From assembly GCA_963765895.1 (NCBI GenBank), contig CAVXZB010000023.1, positions 128,001 to 192,000 of the forward strand: DNA of 64,000 nt, written 5' to 3'. Shown here one piece after another: positions 58,085 to 64,000 of this stretch; positions within the stretch are counted from its first letter, which is position 1; the number at the start of each line of letters is the position of its first letter. Source of the DNA: an uncultured Nitrososphaeraceae archaeon. GTDB taxonomy: Archaea > Thermoproteota > Nitrososphaeria > Nitrososphaerales > Nitrososphaeraceae. The position numbers were made by a program, and so were the translations under genes. The notes beneath the pieces are model-generated. The model saw nothing but the letters and a program-made list of their open reading frames with translations, made no database searches and had not been told where the DNA came from.

Positions 58085-59171
58085 TACTCTGTTGCATGAT
58101 TCTTACGTTATAAGTGATACTTATTTGACCAATTCTCATTTAGCTTTCTAGTGATGAGTATTTATGGTTGATTGGCCTTCCTATAATCAATCACTAGTAC
58201 GACATGGCCAAGTACTCTTTAGATTTTGACGTACTTGATGGATGGGATAATGAATTATCTCAAATGAACCACGGTAAGGTTGGTGAACCTTACAATTACC
58301 CATATTCATTTATGTGGCTACTAGGTTACATGAGAGCATATTTCCATCCATCTACCATATAGACAAACAGAAGGTGTAGTCATAGCTCATGCGAGTAAAA
58401 AAGTTCCAGGCATACCAGAGTATAGTGACCGATTAGTAGACGCATAAACAAACTGGAAATTAAAATCAATGAAAAATTAGGAAATGATATTATGATTGCT
58501 TTAGACAACTGGAATTAAGGTAGCTAATCGTGGAGAATGGATACGACACAAATTAGAAATGGCATGTTAAGAAAAGAAAGGATATCATTAAAGATACATC
58601 TGGCAGTAATGATATACATCAAGAGGGATAAAAAAGAATCTTTGAAGAGGTATAGAAGTAAAAGGAATAGATGATGGCAGAGAAATACCTAAAGAAGTTA
58701 GATATTACAGAGAACTAAAAAGTTATAGAATAATGCTTCTTAGACTAGAAAGGTAATATTAGTAGAGGAGGTATAATTTAAGCAGACGGTATGTACGATA
58801 GCAATAACAATTATTAGATACCTTATCAAAGAACCACATTAAACCTGGTATAAGAGACAAGAAGTAATTCCAAGGTTAGAATTGACTAATTGTCATGCCA
58901 GGAATAATGTCAAATACTAAAACAACTGAAGCAAACCTCAAAAGACTGGAAGATAAAGTAGCGTGAGCTACAACGGAGGTACAGAGTTGATAAGTAGAAA
59001 CAGCATTCTTGTCTATCAAAAGGATGTTTGGTGAACATGTAACCGCTAGAAAGTCTTCTAACATGGTAAAGGAGATTCTTCCTAAAAGACAACCCTGTAT
59101 AACGTGTTCAATAAAATGACATAACCATCGATTCGATAAGTGAAAATCCCCTTAAATCATGCAACAGACCA
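58085..59171 (+). mobile_element. Degenerate IS5-family (IS903-like) insertion sequence with intact ends
   Basis: TIR core TCTGTTGCATGATT (58088-58101) / AATCATGCAACAGA (59155-59168). Direct repeat AATCTATG at 58077-58084 and 59172-59179. Transposase relics MVDWPSYNQSLVR, ISRRINKL, GIKVANRGEW, VETAF.SIKRMFGE. Confidence 0.88.
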
Positions 59172-59615
59172 AATCTATGCATATTGTAGGTATGCGTCTG
59201 AAATGATAATTCCCTGTGTTGTGTGCGTCTAGTCTAGAAGTCAAATGTTCTCCAAATAATATTTTCAGGGCTGATATTATTTTTCATCTTTGATTCGTCG
59301 ATTGTTTGATATTTTGGAATAACCGCATTTCATCTGCTTCTTTTATTTACCATGTATTCAAACTGTACATGTTCATACTGAGCTGAGATTCTAGTGAATA
59401 CATGTAAACTTTCGGTTTCAAATACAAAAGTATAGCAAAAAATTTGCTCAAAACTAGATCATGTGTTATGACGAAATGCCTACAGAATAACATGACGACT
59501 GTCTAATATCAATGCGAAGGAAGTGGATATGTCTAGAATGTAGGGATAGTTTGTATATAAATTAAATTCATGAAGAGATTTATTATAATATGCTCAGCAG
59601 TTTTTCTGCCTCCTG

Positions 59616-60143
59616 TCATTGAGATAAACGTGAAATCTGCGAGACCAATTTGTCTAGATCCTGAGTCCCAATCATGTCATATACGAGTGTTTGGCTTCGG
59701 AATAATTGAATTTCCGTGGGAGAACAGGACAGGAGTGGATAATGGGCAGTTGCCCCCAAAATTCTACCCTGTCCGTTTACCCCATTTTTATGCAGAGATA
59801 GTAATGCCTGGCCAGCTCTATGCCCCTTTACATCAGTACCACACACTATAATATGATGTAAACTTGGATTTTTTATACTGAACTTTATTATCTTATCTAT
59901 TCCCCTATTTTCGGATAGCAATCTGCCAACAATTAATATTTTGTTCATCAAGTTAGAAGTCTTCGCAATTTCTACTAGTAAATTCATACTCGAAAGAGTA
60001 CAAATGGCAATAGAGGATCCGTTTCCAAAGTAACATTCCTGTTTTATCGGTAGGATAATTTCGCATGCTTTCCCGGCGGCACTATCAATTTTCCTTTTTA
60101 CTATAGTGAATACGTCTTCACGAGTCTGTTGCTTAGAATACAT
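59616..60143 (-). CDS. MtrA-like corrinoid-binding domain protein (no membrane anchor)
   Basis: IAICTLSS, SENRGIDKII, NP, IIVCGTDVKGHRAGQALLSLHKNGV, GRILGA..PLL match MtrA. Confidence 0.85.
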   Translation of the reverse strand: MYSKQQTREDVFTIVKRKIDSAAGKACEIILPIKQECYFGNGSSIAICTLSSMNLLVEIAKTSNLMNKILIVGRLLSENRGIDKIIKFSIKNPSLHHIIVCGTDVKGHRAGQALLSLHKNGVNGQGRILGATAHYPLLSCSPTEIQLFRSQTLVYDMIGTQDLDKLVSQISRLSQ

Positions 60144-60472
60144 ACTATTTCCACAGACCTTTGAGGCTACTGCCGGCTTCTATTATATATTCGATGTTCA
60201 TACTACAATATCCGAAATTAATGCAAATGTCTAATCTATTTCTGGCTGGCAATTGGTGTGATGTAATGAAATCGAGTAATTAAATATTCAGCTTCAGCTT
60301 AATACACTGTGGGATTCACGCAAATCTTGCATCAAATCAATGTGGGGCTTGGCTAAAAACTAAATAATTCGCCCCAAAAATTGGTTCGGGATAAATAGCA
60401 GAATACACTCATAAAAATGACCTGAATAGTAAATGTATTATGATAGATATGTGGTTCTGATGCAGGAAAGTA

Positions 60473-61108
60473 TTGCCCCAAACCAAAATAAGGCTGATTA
60501 AAAGAGGTGCGGAGGCTGACATTTTTCTGGTCAGATGGTTTGGAGAGATGGCTATTTCAAAGATAAGAAAGCGCAAGCCCTATCGAAATGTATCATTGGA
60601 TAGCGAGATTCGCAAGAAAAGGACAGTTCATGAGGCCAATATGCTTTCCGCTGCAAAATTAGCGAATGTAACAACTCCGTTCATTTATTTTGTTGATCCC
60701 AAACACGCAGAGATCGTGATGGAACGGGTGGAAGGGGAGAACGCGAAGGATATAGTTGACTCCGAATTAGCGGCAGAAATTGGAAGGTATGCGGCCCGCC
60801 TGCATTCTCGAAATATTATTCACGGGGACCTTACAACTTCAAACTTTATTTTTAATAAGAAGGATTGCAAACTCACCGTAATCGACTTCGGACTATCTTA
60901 TTATTCTCAGCGTTTTGAAGACAAAGCTATCGATGTGCGTTTAATCAAGGAAATTTTCATGAGTGCCTACGCAAATGACTATGAACGCCTTTATTCTAGC
61001 TTTTTGGTAGGTTACAAAGATATTACTGGAGATGGTCTTACGACAGCCAGGATTTTAAGTACGGTTCAAGCGATTGAGAAAAGAGGCAGATATGCAAGAA
61101 TGACTTGA
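60473..61108 (+). CDS. bud32: KEOPS kinase Bud32
   Basis: GAEADI, KPYR, RTVHEA, IHGDLTTSN, IDFGL, EKRGRY. Confidence 0.94.
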   Translation: MPQTKIRLIKRGAEADIFLVRWFGEMAISKIRKRKPYRNVSLDSEIRKKRTVHEANMLSAAKLANVTTPFIYFVDPKHAEIVMERVEGENAKDIVDSELAAEIGRYAARLHSRNIIHGDLTTSNFIFNKKDCKLTVIDFGLSYYSQRFEDKAIDVRLIKEIFMSAYANDYERLYSSFLVGYKDITGDGLTTARILSTVQAIEKRGRYARMT

Positions 61109-61329
61109 ATTATAGAGCTCGAGTAATAATAGATTGAAGTAATTTCTCAAAAGTCCTTTAATATCATTTTCATCAATACGAACGTGGCATGCATACACCA
61201 TTTATCAGCACCTTGTTTCAATTCTTTTTTAAGCCTATGTCAAGAACAATCTAAAGTGACGAAACTGACGTCGAATATGCCGACGAAAGTGACGGTATAT
61301 TTATATTCGCTATAACGACGAGGACCGCT

Positions 61330-62010
61330 CTTGAGAATTCCAATAGCTGAGGAAACAAGACAGGAGGTTGTGATGAAATGGCTTAGCGGATGGGCCAGGG
61401 ATAAAATCGCCTGAGAGATTGGTGTAGGCGCAGGTACTGTAACTAATATTATTGCAAAGTGGACTGAGGAGGTAGGAGACCCAACAGCTGGCTGCACTTA
61501 GGGAGTTGAGCGTAGAAATTCGAAGGGCCGACGAGGTCCGTGGATATATTTCAGGATTTGGATTAGGGATAGCTGCATCTTAACAGGCTAAAGGTAACTC
61601 TCCAGAATGGGGGGAGGCATAATTTTGATATTAATCAGATAGTACAGAAAATATCCAGTAATCAATTGCTATAGTATGAGGAGCAATAGTAGAAATTACT
61701 GAAGCCAGGGATAGCGACAGTTCGGATAGTAATGCGACTAACGTAGTCAAGCAATTTTTCGAACAAATCGAGGAATTCCTGGACTTCGAGTCTAGAATAG
61801 AGTCGCTTAAGAAAAAAAAGGTATTGAAGAGGCACGTAAAATGCTAATTAACGATATACGGGATTTTGTTGAACAGACAAAAAAGGATATAAAAGAGGTA
61901 TCCGAGCTGGCAATTATAGCCATTAAGTTGGCTCAAGAGGACAGGAGTGAAGTGGGCTCAATAACAGCAGAAATATCGCTGACAAGTGAAGTATTTTTTA
62001 AGGATTAAGA
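61330..62010 (+). pseudogene. Remnant of an HTH plus coiled-coil hypothetical protein
   Basis: VVMKWLSGWARDKIA*EIGVGAGTVTNIIAKW HTH with an in-frame stop, followed by broken helical frames. Confidence 0.55.
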
Positions 62011-62126
62011 ATACATCCAGCGTAACCCCACCAAACGAGTGAGCCTCATCTGGCATACGTTGAAATATATTCAGTGGGCTAAACTTTCAGATCATTGTAC
62101 TTTTAATTTGACCTAGCCTAGTTTTT

Positions 62127-62708
62127 ATGGTTGCTATTGGTTTAAAGACTAGGGTGAAGTCGCTTAGCTTTGCTAGTACTAATGAGGATAAGTATATCGA
62201 AGTGAAATCGATTCTTCAGGCACATGATTTGGAGATCGCTTTCTGTAAACTAGATATTAGGGAAATTCAGTCAAATTCGATAGAGGAAATCGCACTTGAA
62301 AAATGCCGATATGCATTTTCAGAGATAAAGAGTCCAGTTATTGTAGAAGATGATGGATTGTTTATCAATAAGCTGAGTGGATTTCCAGGGCAATATTCTG
62401 CCTTTGTTTTCAAGACTATTGGTAACAAGGGCATTTTGGATCTACTTCGAAATTATGATGATAGAACTGCGTGTTTTGTTTCGATTATCACTTTTTGTAA
62501 TGGTCAGACACATCATATTTTTGATGGTAAGATTCACGGAAGGATAAATGAGAATATGACCGAGGGCGGCTGGGGATTCGATCCTATCTTTATTCCTATG
62601 AACAGTAATCTTACCTTTGGTCAATTACATAAGCTTGGAAGAAAGCAAGTATATTCCCATCGATCTATAGCTCTTACTCAGTTTGCGAAATGGTATAAAA
62701 TGCAATAA
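62127..62708 (+). CDS. rdgB: RdgB/HAM1 non-canonical purine NTP pyrophosphatase
   Basis: FASTNEDK, EIQ, EDDGL, GFPG, GWGFDPIF, SHR. Confidence 0.94.
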   Translation: MVAIGLKTRVKSLSFASTNEDKYIEVKSILQAHDLEIAFCKLDIREIQSNSIEEIALEKCRYAFSEIKSPVIVEDDGLFINKLSGFPGQYSAFVFKTIGNKGILDLLRNYDDRTACFVSIITFCNGQTHHIFDGKIHGRINENMTEGGWGFDPIFIPMNSNLTFGQLHKLGRKQVYSHRSIALTQFAKWYKMQ

Positions 62709-62898
62709 ACACAACATGGAGAAAATTAAACGATAAATAGGATGCAGTATATTTATTATAAATAAACCTAATTTATGATACTTAAATTTTATTTATCAGA
62801 CGATTCTATACAATAAACTATAACATAGTAACATGAAATTTGTCTCTCCGAAAATTATTCATAATGCTTATATAAAATGCTATCAACTACATGTCTTA

Positions 62899-63093
62899 AT
62901 GAACAGAAATCTAAAAGTTGCAACATTGGGTGTAATACTAGCAGCAGCATTGGCCTTTGGTATCGTGGCTACAGTCGGTATCGTGACAACAGGAAATCTA
63001 GTTGCTCCAGTACATGCTCAAGGCAACATGAGCGGTGGCGGCGGTAATGCAACCAGCGGCGGCAACATGACCGGCGGCAACATGACGAAATAG
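62899..63093 (+). CDS. Secreted micropeptide precursor with G-N-M-T repeats (64 aa)
   Basis: Likely start MNRNLK at 62899 (TTATATAAAA about 25 nt upstream); signal ending VHA; mature QGNMSGGGGNATSGGNMTGGNMTK; T-tracts downstream. Confidence 0.75.
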   Translation: MNRNLKVATLGVILAAALAFGIVATVGIVTTGNLVAPVHAQGNMSGGGGNATSGGNMTGGNMTK

Positions 63094-63723
63094 AAAGACT
63101 CTTAATTCTTGTTGAATCAGGAATAAGAAACATCCTTTTTTTATTTGACTTTTTTGGAATTATAATAATTCTTGCGTGCTGGAGAAGATTATGAAGCGTA
63201 TTATCAATGATCTTTTTGATCCTGATCAGTCTTCAATCAATATTTTTCTCTCGAAGTTAGCATTTGACGGAGTCCAAGCTTCGACTAGCCAGATTAACGT
63301 AGGTAAAATCCGATACCTTACTTTGTGCTTTGCTGGGTTTTCCGGCGGCATTAATAAGTTCTTTACCATTAAACGTTTGAGGAATCAAGGTTCAAACTGA
63401 GAAATTTCACGTGATTTCCTCATAATTCAGTATATTTAATCTGCTTTATTTAGCTAGCGACTAATTGTGTAAACTGATTGTCCAGCGATTCCTATAGACT
63501 TCTTTCCCATTATCAATATTTCTCTCGGAGATCGATTCCTGCTCGATAAATCGATAGGTAATCAGGATTTGTCCCCTTACAAAATTTGTTAAAATCTTGT
63601 ATAGTGTAAAAATTTAAAAAGAATAAAAATTTAAGATAAAGGAAGATTTTTTCTTCCCCTATCTCATGCAGTTATTAGCTAACTTACCAGCTAATTACTC
63701 TGCTTAACGACCGCCAGTTACGG

Positions 63724-64000
63724 TCATTTCTTTGGTTGTTGTTCACCTGAAACCATGCTGCTACCCTTTGGAGGTACCCAGGTTCCTGATGGATGGTCTG
63801 TATCTGTTGCGTTACTAGTGGCCAGGACTGCAAATGCACCACCCTTTACCACATCAGATAACGCGTGTGTTACTCCAACATAGAGTCCAGGCTGTGGGAA
63901 TGTCAATTCAATCACAGAACCTGATCCTGGTGGAATAGTCCAAGTATCATCGTTCTTGTCTACCGTGCCGTAATCATTATTTTGACCATTACTGCCATCA
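63724..64000 (-). CDS. C-terminal end of a multicopper oxidase / NirK-like protein (runs off the window)
   Basis: Open to the window edge: DTWTIPPGSGSVIELTFPQPGLYVGVTHAL..VVKGGAF resembles the C-terminal domain of Cu nitrite reductases. Confidence 0.7.
   Translation of the reverse strand, partial: DGSNGQNNDYGTVDKNDDTWTIPPGSGSVIELTFPQPGLYVGVTHALSDVVKGGAFAVLATSNATDTDHPSGTWVPPKGSSMVSGEQQPKK

Noticed and set aside
640-63400. Numerous 60-135 aa ORFs antisense to or nested in confident genes, and short intergenic ORFs
   Set aside because: Shadow or random ORFs with no motifs or promoter support.

Overview
AT-rich archaeal DNA. The gene repertoire (KEOPS kae1/bud32, archaeal YchF, TATA-box leaderless-type promoters, stand-alone receiver/HK pairs, PsbP-like and DUF6659 proteins, a NirK-like Cu oxidase) points to a soil ammonia-oxidising archaeon of the Nitrososphaeraceae; this assignment is inference. 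About 1-30 kb is a metal-homeostasis neighbourhood: large Ftr1 iron permease, CbtAB, TroA-type ABC transporter, NikR-like regulator, VIT1, cupredoxin-like protein and DUF2024. About 30-37 kb is housekeeping: a degenerate PurF paralogue, sulfite reductase, ychF and kae1. About 37.3-60.5 kb is an accessory stretch between kae1 and bud32, with IS5 and IS481 relics, pseudogene scraps, MarR/MFS, a two-component cluster and an MtrA-like gene. Best observations missing from the ORF track: (i) a 52-aa gene encoding a signal peptide plus a 19-residue mature peptide with 14 His (HSDHHHHHHHHHFFHHRHH), with two long hairpins upstream; (ii) a palindrome ATTCTC-N6-GAGAAT at a fixed distance upstream of the TATA box of four genes, including Ftr1 and a stand-alone secreted copy of the Ftr1 extracellular domain. 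Many single-base frameshifts in otherwise intact genes suggest long-read consensus errors. No rRNA, tRNA or CRISPR array was recognised.
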